Source: Eubacteriales bacterium (GTDB taxonomy: Bacteria > Bacillota > Clostridia > Oscillospirales > CAG-382). Taken from it: a stretch of DNA of 64,000 nucleotides. The first letter of the stretch is position 1, and each line of letters starts with the position of its first letter. The stretch is from NCBI GenBank assembly GCA_045533335.1, contig JAZSHQ010000021.1, forward strand, positions 2,648 through 66,647, read 5' to 3'. This document shows positions 51,296 to 60,205 of this stretch, piece by piece. The position numbers were made by a program, and so were the translations under genes. The notes below the pieces were generated by a model. It saw only the letters and a list, made by a program, of their open reading frames with translations, did not search any database and was not told the DNA's origin.

Positions 51296-52207
51296 TTAAA
51301 TTTCAAACCGTGCTTGACGTGTAAGCCGTTCTTTTATAAGCCCAACAAACCTTGCGGGTGATTCGACCTTAACCATCGGCCCGAACGAGAGAATGCGGAT
51401 AATAAGCTCGGTTTCGTCGTCGATGTCGTATTTAAGCGTAAGGCGATAGCGGTTTTCGTCGATACGCTCTGCCTGCTTTTCGAAATGCGCGAAATGAAGC
51501 ATAACGCGCTCAAGTGCGTTGCGCTCGTCTGTAAGGGTCAAAGTTACCTCTCGCATTGTATCGCGCGGCTTGGGGCGCGAAAAACCGTTTGCGTCGTTTT
51601 CGCAAAACTCGCATTCGGTCACCCTGCCGAGATTTATAACGCTTACCTGTCGAAAGCCTTCGGCAATAAGACGGAATTTATCGTCCTTTTCCGAAAATTC
51701 AAGCTTTTTCGGCATAACGGTAAGCCGCATTTTTACACCGCGGCGGTTTACCATAGTTATCGCAATACGGCGTTGCCCGCGCAAAGCGGCAAGCACGGTT
51801 TTAAAACGTGCGATATATCCCTCGTCGCAATAATCGTCGCCGTCTGCATATTTGTCGTAAACGCAGTAATCTTCCTCGGTAAAAAGCGGGGTAACGTCCT
51901 CCAACCCCTTGTCCTCTATGCCGAACAAACGTATACGCTTGTCGCAAAGCAAAGCCTTTAACCAACGCTTTTGAAGCAGAGTAAGCGGCATTGTCGGGCG
52001 GTGCTTTATCGGGGTGGAAAGGTCGGCGTGAAGCAACTGCCATTTTTGCTTTTTTAAAGCGGGCAGAATGGTAAGCGCGCTTTCGGTGAAGGCGTTTTCG
52101 CGTACTGTTGCGGCAAGCTCCTTTTCGGTAAGCGCGTTATCGGCAGCCTTGCAAAGTATTTTTGCCACCGTATTATAGTATGCGGAATAAAGCTCGCTGA
52201 AAATCAT
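51296..52207 (-). CDS. WYL-like-domain putative transcriptional regulator (partner B)
   Basis: 303 aa. The segment KFRLIAEGFRQVSVINLGRVTECEF fits the WYL-domain core pattern (x-Y/R-L-x-A...R-hydrophobic). 4-nt overlap with the upstream gene. Confidence 0.5.
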   Translation of the reverse strand: MIFSELYSAYYNTVAKILCKAADNALTEKELAATVRENAFTESALTILPALKKQKWQLLHADLSTPIKHRPTMPLTLLQKRWLKALLCDKRIRLFGIEDKGLEDVTPLFTEEDYCVYDKYADGDDYCDEGYIARFKTVLAALRGQRRIAITMVNRRGVKMRLTVMPKKLEFSEKDDKFRLIAEGFRQVSVINLGRVTECEFCENDANGFSRPKPRDTMREVTLTLTDERNALERVMLHFAHFEKQAERIDENRYRLTLKYDIDDETELIIRILSFGPMVKVESPARFVGLIKERLTRQARFEI

Positions 52208-53448
52208 CGTTCATCACCGCCTATTCCGTAAAGATCATACATTTTTTTGATATCGAGTTTGAAACAGTTTTCCACCGCGCGGTTAGAGCATTTGAACTCG
52301 GTTATGCGGCAGATAAACGTTCTTATCCACGGTATAAGCTCGCTTGAATCGAAAACCGATACCGAAAAGCGGTAATGCGTTTCATCGACCTGTGTCACCT
52401 CACCAACGCGTTTTTCGCGGTAAAGGCGCTGAACTATATGGTCCTCGGCGGGGCGGGCTTCTATTGTAAATTCGATTGTTTCAAGCCCCTTTGCGCTCGG
52501 TCGGCAGGAAACGCCCCACATATTTTTGCGGGTCTGTTCAAGGCGTGCGCGGTATTCGTCGAAAAATTCGCATTCCTCGCAAATTTCGACATCAGAGATA
52601 TAATCAATGCGCATTGAGGTAAAGTTGCGGAACTTCGGGTGGTATGCCAAAAGATGCTGTCTGCCGCTTTGCGCACTGATAAAAATGCGAAGCGGGAGTA
52701 GCTTGTGGGTGTGCGCTTCGCTCGAGTTTCGGCTTAAATTTTTAAGCTTAACAAAGCATTTTTGGCTCATCGCATCGAACAGTGTTGCAAGCACGCCGCT
52801 GTCGAGCGTGCCGGTTATATAGTGGTGCTTAAAGCCGAAAAGACTTTCGCTTTCGGTGTATTTATCGAGCAGGAACGAGCCGATAACACCGCAGGGGAGT
52901 ATTTCCGAAAAGTAATCGAGCGCCTCCTTGGAAATAAGCGCATTTTTGTCGTCGGCACGGCGATAGATAACCTTTTTGCCCTGCTTTTCGGATATAATAA
53001 TCCCTTCGTCGGTATATTCCTTAAGCTTTTTGCGCACGGTCGATTCGTCGAAGGTAAGCGGAGCATCGAAGCCGACAAGATACTCGTCGGCAAGCTTGGT
53101 GATTTCGGGGAGCGAAAGCGCGGTTTCGGTGCTGTGAAAAATATCGAAAAGTATAAAATGCAGAGTTATGTCCTTGTCGGTAAAACTTTTCGCCTTCCAA
53201 GCCTTGTAAAGCGGGTTGTGGGGGTTTTTGCGGCTGTCGATGGATATAAAGGTGATTTTACCCTCGGCGTTGCGTATAAAACGCATATTGTCGGGCATCC
53301 AGCTTTCAAATCGGCGGCGCTCGTTATCATAAGAGCGCGCGCTTTTGCGGTCGTATTCCTCGCGGCTTTTAAAGCCGTAAATATAAAAATCGCGCATATA
53401 GGCACGCACGCGTTCGAAATTTTTTATAAGCTCGCTGTACGAGGACAT
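52204..53448 (-). CDS. HTH + WYL-like-domain putative transcriptional regulator (partner A)
   Basis: Start moved to the ATG at 53448 (MSSYSELIKNF..., RBS GGGGGTGA). RAYMRDFYIYGFKSREEY..KSARSYDNERRR N-terminus and GRQHLLAYHPKFRNFTSMRIDYISDVEI WYL-type core. Confidence 0.5.
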   Translation of the reverse strand: MSSYSELIKNFERVRAYMRDFYIYGFKSREEYDRKSARSYDNERRRFESWMPDNMRFIRNAEGKITFISIDSRKNPHNPLYKAWKAKSFTDKDITLHFILFDIFHSTETALSLPEITKLADEYLVGFDAPLTFDESTVRKKLKEYTDEGIIISEKQGKKVIYRRADDKNALISKEALDYFSEILPCGVIGSFLLDKYTESESLFGFKHHYITGTLDSGVLATLFDAMSQKCFVKLKNLSRNSSEAHTHKLLPLRIFISAQSGRQHLLAYHPKFRNFTSMRIDYISDVEICEECEFFDEYRARLEQTRKNMWGVSCRPSAKGLETIEFTIEARPAEDHIVQRLYREKRVGEVTQVDETHYRFSVSVFDSSELIPWIRTFICRITEFKCSNRAVENCFKLDIKKMYDLYGIGGDER

Positions 53449-53516
53449 CGCTTCACCCCCTTTTTTCTTAATTATAACAGAAATTCCAATATTTGCAACC
53501 AATATACAAAAAACAG

Positions 53517-53545
53517 TTTACTTTTTTGCGTTAGCGTGTTATAAT
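53517..53545 (+). promoter_or_regulatory. Candidate extended -10 promoter of the dockerin protein gene
   Basis: TTTACT (53517-53522), 17 nt, TGtTATAAT (53537-53545). Confidence 0.45.
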
Positions 53546-53575
53546 GGAGTGGCATACAAACAAGGAGGTTTACAA

Positions 53576-55987
53576 GTGAAGCGATTTTATTCATTTATTC
53601 TTGCAATTATATTCGTTTTTTGTGTCTGTGTTCAAACACTCACGGTTTTCGCGACGGATACGCCTACTACTGTAACCGTAACCTTTGTGGGCGATGAAGC
53701 CGAAAAAGCGGGCTTTATGCAAAGCACAATAAGCATCGTCCCCGGCGACGGTGCCGCGCTTGACGGATATTATCTTATATACTACACCGACGGCAGTAAG
53801 ACCCTTTCGAATTACGATGAACTTGCGAGCGTTGCTGTTGCCGACGGCAGTACGGTAAGCGTTAATATAAAGGACGGCATTATGATACCGCCCGAAGCAA
53901 AGGGTATTGCGGTTTTCGAAAGCAGCACCCGCTTTGTCGACAACGCGCCCGATATTAAAAACGCGGTTGCAAAGGCCACTATCCCTGCAAGCAAGCGATT
54001 AACACTCGGCACGCCCGAAGCGAGCTTCGGTGCGGCTTCCGACGTTCATATGAATTATGAGCAATACGACCGCGGGGCATATCAAAAATGGGCAAACGCG
54101 CTTGAATTTTTTGCCGAAGAGGGAATGGAGCAGGTCATTGTCGCGGGCGATATGACGGGTGACCGCGGCGAAACCCCCGATTTGGAGGAGCAGTACGCAA
54201 AATACGTTGAAATAGTAAATAAATCGGATATTCCCCTTTCGAGTATTTACGAATGTATCGGCAACCATGGCAACACCTCTGCCGACAGACCGATTTTTAA
54301 CGAATATCTTACGGGAAGCGACGAGGTGCACCCCTATAACGGCTCGCCCTATTACCACGTGCTGAAAAAGGGAAAAACGCGCGACAATCTTTTTATCTTT
54401 ATGTGTCAGGAGATCGAGGCAACGGGCGAAAGCTCCACAAAAGATAATTTTTCGAAGGCGCAGATAGATTGGCTTGCGGGTCTGCTTACGCAATACGGCA
54501 ACACAAAAACCAATATTTTCCTTGTGATTCACTCGCCGTTTCTTAATTACGGCGCGGGCGACCGTAAAAACGGCGGATATACCGCGCTTATCACATTTAA
54601 AGAGGAATATACTCAAACAATGCGCCTTAAGGGCCTTTTGGAAACCCATAAGGACATTATCGTTATGTCGGGACACACCCACGTTTCGCTTTACGACAAT
54701 GTGAACTATTCCGACGAATACAATTCCTTCGCACGTACCGTGCATATCGGCTCGACCTCGCAGCCCTGCGCTTACGGCGGAGGCGCGGACTATACCCGTA
54801 ATACCGACGGCAGATACGAGGTCAGCACCACTTACGGAAGCGAAGCCTATACCGTAAAGATTTATTCCGATTATATCGTTTATACCGGCTATAACCTCGC
54901 AACCGGCAAAATAATTCCTGCGGCGTGCCTGCTTATTCCCGTAAAGGCTTACGGCGGCGCGGGCAACCCCAACCTGCCCAAGGACCCGAGCGAGGTGTTC
55001 GAAGGCTCGGGCACGGTCGGCGACCCCTATCTTATAGCCTCTCCCGACGATTTTATGGCACTTACCGCGGGCTTTAACGCTTGCAATACCACTGTCGAAA
55101 GCGAAATGTACGGTTACGGCAAATACTTTCTGCAGACCGCGGATATCGATATGACCGATTATTACGGATATTGCGGTACCGAGGCAAACGGAAACGCAAA
55201 AGCCTTTTTCGCGGGGGTATATAACGGCGACGGACGCACGCTTACCGTTAATATCAACGGCACAAACCAGCGTTCGGTATTCCCCTACGTTTACGGCGTT
55301 ATTGCCAATCTGCACGTAAAGGGAAGCATTACCACCGAGGTAAGCGCACAGCCCGTGCGTACCCTTTACGGCAGTATAATAAACTGCATTTTCGATATAG
55401 ACCTTTATTCGAACGACCGTGCAAACGGTTTGCTTTATTCGAATTACGGTTACGTTTACAACGTTTACACGCTAGGCGTGTTAAAGGGCACGAACTATAA
55501 CGATCCTGTTTCCGCGAACGACACCTCGACGACCTATCACAACGTTTATCACTACCGTAAAAACACAAGCGGAAGCCTTATTGCCGATGCATACGGCACG
55601 CAGTCTTCGAATATAGCGGGCATAGTAAGCGCATTTAACAATACTTCGGCGGCACAGTATGCAACCGCACTTGCAAAATTGGGCGGATTGCCGATTGTTT
55701 CGGTGCGTGAAAACAATTCGATGCTTGCCTTCGAAAGCAAGGCATCGCCCGACCCCGACCCTGATCCCGACCCCGATCCCGACCCCGAAACAAAGCTCGG
55801 CGACGTAAATAACGACGGCAGTATAAATCAGTACGATTACATTCTTATAAAGCGTCATTACTTCGAAACGCGTATTCTTACATCGAGCGAAATGACTCGC
55901 GCTGACGTTAACCGCGATAACAACGTCGATCAGTTCGACTATATCCTCGTTGCGCGCCATTATTTCGGAACTTATATAATAAAATAA
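53576..55987 (+). CDS. Secreted calcineurin-like metallophosphoesterase with (PD)n linker and C-terminal type-I dockerin
   Basis: GTG start at 53576 (AAGGAGG + 7 nt) and a signal peptide. MPE motifs GDMTGD, CIGNHGN and SGHTHV. SPDPDPDPDPDPDPE linker. Duplicated dockerin segments GDVNNDGSINQYDYILIKRHYF / ADVNRDNNVDQFDYILVARHYF. Confidence 0.8.
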   Translation: MKRFYSFILAIIFVFCVCVQTLTVFATDTPTTVTVTFVGDEAEKAGFMQSTISIVPGDGAALDGYYLIYYTDGSKTLSNYDELASVAVADGSTVSVNIKDGIMIPPEAKGIAVFESSTRFVDNAPDIKNAVAKATIPASKRLTLGTPEASFGAASDVHMNYEQYDRGAYQKWANALEFFAEEGMEQVIVAGDMTGDRGETPDLEEQYAKYVEIVNKSDIPLSSIYECIGNHGNTSADRPIFNEYLTGSDEVHPYNGSPYYHVLKKGKTRDNLFIFMCQEIEATGESSTKDNFSKAQIDWLAGLLTQYGNTKTNIFLVIHSPFLNYGAGDRKNGGYTALITFKEEYTQTMRLKGLLETHKDIIVMSGHTHVSLYDNVNYSDEYNSFARTVHIGSTSQPCAYGGGADYTRNTDGRYEVSTTYGSEAYTVKIYSDYIVYTGYNLATGKIIPAACLLIPVKAYGGAGNPNLPKDPSEVFEGSGTVGDPYLIASPDDFMALTAGFNACNTTVESEMYGYGKYFLQTADIDMTDYYGYCGTEANGNAKAFFAGVYNGDGRTLTVNINGTNQRSVFPYVYGVIANLHVKGSITTEVSAQPVRTLYGSIINCIFDIDLYSNDRANGLLYSNYGYVYNVYTLGVLKGTNYNDPVSANDTSTTYHNVYHYRKNTSGSLIADAYGTQSSNIAGIVSAFNNTSAAQYATALAKLGGLPIVSVRENNSMLAFESKASPDPDPDPDPDPDPETKLGDVNNDGSINQYDYILIKRHYFETRILTSSEMTRADVNRDNNVDQFDYILVARHYFGTYIIK

Positions 55988-56009
55988 AAACAAATAAAGG
56001 AGAAGCAAA

Positions 56010-56552
56010 ATGGAAAACGAATTCATCTACTGCAAAAATTGCGGAGCACAGCTCGATAAAGAAGCGTTCTTCTGCAATTCCTGCGGCACATTCACGCAAA
56101 ACGCCGCAAATCTCGAAAACCCCGTTCAGCCCGAACAGCCCCAACAGCCGAGTGTTGACCCCAACATCACCAAGAAGGAGTATTACAACAAATATGCTCC
56201 CGCTTCGATAAAAAAGGCGATACGTAACGCGGCTATATGGTGCTACGTATGCGGCGGTCTTACCGTTCTTTCGGCTATACTTATGAATCCGCTCGGAATT
56301 ATCGACGGCTTGGTATTCATCGGTCTCGGCTTGGGCGTTCATCTCGGCCAAAGCAAGGCTTGCGCTATAATCGCACTCGTTCTTGCCTGCCTCGAGGTTG
56401 TGCTTGCACTTGCACTTACGGGTATGCTTTCCGGCTGGCTCTGGATAGTTGCGGGTATTTGCTGTGTTATCGCCGTTAATAAGCTCGATAAGAGCTATAA
56501 GCAGTTCAAGCAGGGTCTTGTTTCCAACACCCAATATCAGAATTTCAACTGA
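56010..56552 (+). CDS. Zinc-ribbon membrane protein
   Basis: N-terminal YCKNCGAQL..FCNSCG zinc ribbon, a Pro/Gln linker, and four hydrophobic spans. Confidence 0.65.
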   Translation: MENEFIYCKNCGAQLDKEAFFCNSCGTFTQNAANLENPVQPEQPQQPSVDPNITKKEYYNKYAPASIKKAIRNAAIWCYVCGGLTVLSAILMNPLGIIDGLVFIGLGLGVHLGQSKACAIIALVLACLEVVLALALTGMLSGWLWIVAGICCVIAVNKLDKSYKQFKQGLVSNTQYQNFN

Positions 56553-56610
56553 TAAATGGCAGTATGTAAAAAATAACCGACCGAGGTTTTCGCGCCTCGG
56601 TCGGTGTTTT

Positions 56611-57663
56611 TTATTCTTCGTTTTCTTCCTCGGTAATTTCCGCTTTTTTACGCCAGCCGGTTACCGAGCGTATTTTTTTGTAAAGCTGGTTGCTTGCGCG
56701 AATGCCTGCGCGGACGTTCGGGTGTCCGTTCGCGCCGGTTTCGGCGGGGTTGCCGAACACGGTGTCGACAAAAAGGAAGTGCACCTTTTTATCGGTTTTG
56801 TTTACCTCGCGTATGGTATCGCGCAGAACGTCGCGGTAAAGCTGGCTCATCATACCGTACATCCATACGATTTGTGCTTCGGGATAGCGCGCGCGCACCT
56901 TGGCAATAAGGTCCTTTGCCGCTTCGGAAAATTCATCGTCGGGCGCGGGACCGCCGCAATCGTTCGTGCCGATGTTTATTACCACCACGTCGGCTATCCA
57001 GCCGTCATCGCAGATACCGCCCGTGCGGGATTGCATTTCGTAGTATTCGCCCGCCTTTATATCGCTTCTGTCGCCGTTGCAGTTGCAAACTATGCCCTTG
57101 CCCGAAATCGCGATAAAGCGCGCATCCGCACCGAAACGTTCGGCGGTAAGATATGCGTAGCCTCTTGTGCCGTCCTGCTGATAGGTAAGATAGCTCGGGT
57201 CGGTATGCAAGCCGAGCACGCCGTAGCCGCAGGTTATGGAATCGCCGATAAATTCGATCCTGCGTGAGCTGTTGAAGGGGGGATTGCGCAGAGCAGCGCC
57301 GTTACCGAGCAGGGTAAGGGTATCGAATTTAAGCTTCGGCTCGCCTTCGGTAATCTTCAAAACCTCTATGCGGTGGCGTTTGTCCGCAAGACCTTCGACA
57401 ATAAGCTTTTCGCTTCCGTTCACGACGGCGTAGCGGCGTTTATCCTTGCCGTCGATGCATATTCTTACGTAAGCGGGAGCGTCGGCAATATACGGACCGA
57501 GCGAAATAATAAAGCCGGTGCCGACAAAGTTAAAGGCAAAGCCGCTGTTCGTCCAGTCAAACGCGAGATAATCGTTCGAAATCGAGTATCTGCCGCGTAT
57601 GCGTATTGCATCACAGTCGGAAAGTCTTATCGGTTCATTTAAATATATAAGATTTTTATCCAT
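56611..57663 (-). CDS. SGNH/GDSL hydrolase with N-terminal beta-sandwich, CE2-type acetyl esterase-like
   Basis: Block I FIGDSITCGYG, block III INIGTNDCG, and a C-terminal GHPN. The N-terminal ~120 aa precede the SGNH domain as in CE2. No signal peptide. Confidence 0.7.
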   Translation of the reverse strand: MDKNLIYLNEPIRLSDCDAIRIRGRYSISNDYLAFDWTNSGFAFNFVGTGFIISLGPYIADAPAYVRICIDGKDKRRYAVVNGSEKLIVEGLADKRHRIEVLKITEGEPKLKFDTLTLLGNGAALRNPPFNSSRRIEFIGDSITCGYGVLGLHTDPSYLTYQQDGTRGYAYLTAERFGADARFIAISGKGIVCNCNGDRSDIKAGEYYEMQSRTGGICDDGWIADVVVINIGTNDCGGPAPDDEFSEAAKDLIAKVRARYPEAQIVWMYGMMSQLYRDVLRDTIREVNKTDKKVHFLFVDTVFGNPAETGANGHPNVRAGIRASNQLYKKIRSVTGWRKKAEITEEENEE

Positions 57664-57724
57664 TTTTTATTTCCTCCGATTTTTTGTAATTCTAAAATAC
57701 TTTATATTTGTTAATGATTATCGA

Positions 57725-60202
57725 TTAATGTGTTAAGCGTTTGTAAACTTCGCAAATAAGCAGAGGGCAAACGGCAAGCAAAAGCGATATTGCCCATTCG
57801 CCCGCGGTAAGCGCGGTTAATCCGAAAAGCGTTGCGGCGGCAGGGATAAGTATTACCGATGACTGAAGCGCAAGGCAAAAGACGAAGGAAATCCAAACGA
57901 ATGGGTTTTTCTTTACCTTATGCGAAAAAACGCTTTTTTCGCTGCGCAAATTAAAGGAATGAAAAAGCTGTGAAGTTCCGAGCACGAGAAAGCACATCGT
58001 TCTGCCCGCGCCGACAGCGCGCGTGTTCACACCGATAACGAATGCGGTTATGGCAAGCGTGCCGATAAGTATGCCCTCGAACAGCATTCTTGCAATACGT
58101 TTGCCTCCGAAAAGGGGCGAATTCGGTTTTATCGGCGGACGCTCCATTACCTCGTCGGACGCGCGTTCCAGCCCGAGCGCGATAGCGGGTAGCGAATCGG
58201 TGGTAAGGTTTACCCATAAAAGCTGTATTGCTGAAAGCGGAGAGGGAAGCGAAAGTATTATCGCGGCAAATACCGTGAACAGTTCGCCTATATTGCAGGA
58301 AAGGAGAAAATGAACGGCGCGCCGTATGTTTTCGTAAATTCCTCTGCCCTCTTTTACCGCGGCAACGACGGTCGAAAAATTATCGTCGGTGAGTATCATA
58401 TCGGCGGATTCCTTCGCCACCTCCGTGCCGCTAATGCCCATAGCACAGCCAATGTCTGCCTTTTTAAGAGCGGGGGCGTCGTTCACGCCGTCGCCCGTCA
58501 TCGCAACCACGTAACCCTTCGAGCGCAAAGCCGAAACGATTCTTAGTTTAAAGCTCGGCGTTACCCGCGCAAACACGTTACAGCCTTCTGCCGCGCGGGT
58601 AAATTCGCGGTCGTTAAGGCTTGCAAGCTCGCGCTCGGTATAAACCTTGCCGTTTTGCGGAATTATGCCCAGCCTTGCGGCTATCGCTTTTGCGGTATCG
58701 GGGTGGTCGCCGGTTATCATCACCGTGCGAATTCCCGCCTTTTTGCAAAGCGTTACCGCCTCCTTCGCCTCGGGGCGGGGCGGGTCGCTTATTCCGCAAA
58801 GCCCCAAAAATTCAAACCTGCCCGATAAAAGCGAATCGGGAAGTATTTCGGCTTCGTATTTTGCAAATCCGATTACGCGTAACGCCTTTTCGGTCATTTT
58901 CGCAGTTTGCGCGGCGATGTTTTCCTGCTGTGACGGGCAGTATTTTGCAATAATATCGGGTGCGCCCTTTATATACACGCAATATCGGTTGCCGAATCGG
59001 TTTGCTGTCAGCATATACTTTTTTGCCGAATCAAAGGGTATTTCGGCAACGCGCGGATGGTTTTTGCGTATTTCCTCGCGGTTTTCGCAGTAAGCGGTTA
59101 GGGCAAGCTCTGTCGGAGAAGAATCGTTGTTGCAGAGTGCGAAGGCATTCATAAGCTCGCGATGTTCGCCGTGAATTTCCTCGACAGTCATTCTGTTGCA
59201 GGTAAGCGTGCCGGTTTTATCCGAGCATATTACCTGCGCACAACCGAGCGTTTCGACAGCGGGCAACCGCTTAACCACAGCCTTGCGCCGCGCCATAGTT
59301 TGCACCCCCGCCGAAAGCACCACCGTTACTATCGCGGGGAGTCCTTCGGGTATCGCGGCGACCGAAAGCGATACCGAGGTCATAAACATTTCGCCGACGT
59401 CCATGCCTTTTATAAGCGAAAAAACGAATATAATTACGCAGATGCCGATAGTCACGTTGCCGAGAAGCGAGCTTAGTTTCGCAAGCCGTTTTTGAAGCGG
59501 CGTTTTTTCGTTTTCGCCGCTTATCATACCCGCAATCTCGCCCACGCAGGTCGACATTCCGGTTTTTACCGCGATTGCGCGTGCTCTGCCCGAAATTACG
59601 TGCGACGAGGTGAATACCGAATTTGCCGCTTCGGAAATTGGCGAGCCCGCTTTCGGGAGCGCGCGGCTGTCCTTTTGCACGCCCGCTGATTCGCCCGTTA
59701 ACGCCGATTCGTCGATAACAAGCTCGTTTGCTTCTATAAGCCTCGCGTCGCAGGGGACGATGTCGCCCTTTTCGAGCAGAAACACGTCACCGGGAACGAT
59801 AGCCGAGCTCGGCAGACGCACGGCAACCCCATCGCGCAGGACGGTGCTTTCGGGCGAGGTCATTTTTTTCAGCGCGGCGAGTGCTTTTTCCGCCTTGCTT
59901 TCCTGAAAGGCGGCGATAAGTCCGTTTATGAGCACGATAAGCAATATAATTATCGGGTCGGCGTATCCCTCGCCCGAAATGTAAGAGGTTGCAAAGGATA
60001 TTGCCGAGGCAACAAGCAATACTACCGTCATTCTGTCGCAAAGCGAATTAAAAAAACGCCTGAAAAAGCTAATGCGTTTAGGCTCGGCGAGCAGGTTTGC
60101 GCCGTAACTGTCGAGCCGCTTTAACGCGTCTGCCGAGTCGAGCCCGTTTGCGTTGCTTTTCAGCTCGGAATAAATGCTTTTCAGTTCTTTAACGTACCAC
60201 AT
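57725..60202 (-). CDS. P-type cation-transporting ATPase (P2-type, Ca2+/Mg2+-like)
   Basis: PEGLPAIVT, ICSDKTGTLT and MTGDGVNDAPALKKADIG motifs. 825 aa. Confidence 0.9.
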   Translation of the reverse strand: MWYVKELKSIYSELKSNANGLDSADALKRLDSYGANLLAEPKRISFFRRFFNSLCDRMTVVLLVASAISFATSYISGEGYADPIIILLIVLINGLIAAFQESKAEKALAALKKMTSPESTVLRDGVAVRLPSSAIVPGDVFLLEKGDIVPCDARLIEANELVIDESALTGESAGVQKDSRALPKAGSPISEAANSVFTSSHVISGRARAIAVKTGMSTCVGEIAGMISGENEKTPLQKRLAKLSSLLGNVTIGICVIIFVFSLIKGMDVGEMFMTSVSLSVAAIPEGLPAIVTVVLSAGVQTMARRKAVVKRLPAVETLGCAQVICSDKTGTLTCNRMTVEEIHGEHRELMNAFALCNNDSSPTELALTAYCENREEIRKNHPRVAEIPFDSAKKYMLTANRFGNRYCVYIKGAPDIIAKYCPSQQENIAAQTAKMTEKALRVIGFAKYEAEILPDSLLSGRFEFLGLCGISDPPRPEAKEAVTLCKKAGIRTVMITGDHPDTAKAIAARLGIIPQNGKVYTERELASLNDREFTRAAEGCNVFARVTPSFKLRIVSALRSKGYVVAMTGDGVNDAPALKKADIGCAMGISGTEVAKESADMILTDDNFSTVVAAVKEGRGIYENIRRAVHFLLSCNIGELFTVFAAIILSLPSPLSAIQLLWVNLTTDSLPAIALGLERASDEVMERPPIKPNSPLFGGKRIARMLFEGILIGTLAITAFVIGVNTRAVGAGRTMCFLVLGTSQLFHSFNLRSEKSVFSHKVKKNPFVWISFVFCLALQSSVILIPAAATLFGLTALTAGEWAISLLLAVCPLLICEVYKRLTH

Positions 60203-60205
60203 TCG

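Noticed and set aside
53999-55315. A 438-aa minus-strand ORF.
   Set aside because: It is antisense to the dockerin metallophosphoesterase gene, which has clear motifs. The ORF has none.
55741-55790. A short tandem repeat CCCGACCCCGACCCTGATCCCGAC..., which could be mistaken for a repeat array.
   Set aside because: It is in frame within the 53576-55987 CDS and encodes the (Pro-Asp)n linker before the dockerin. It is not a CRISPR or a regulatory repeat.
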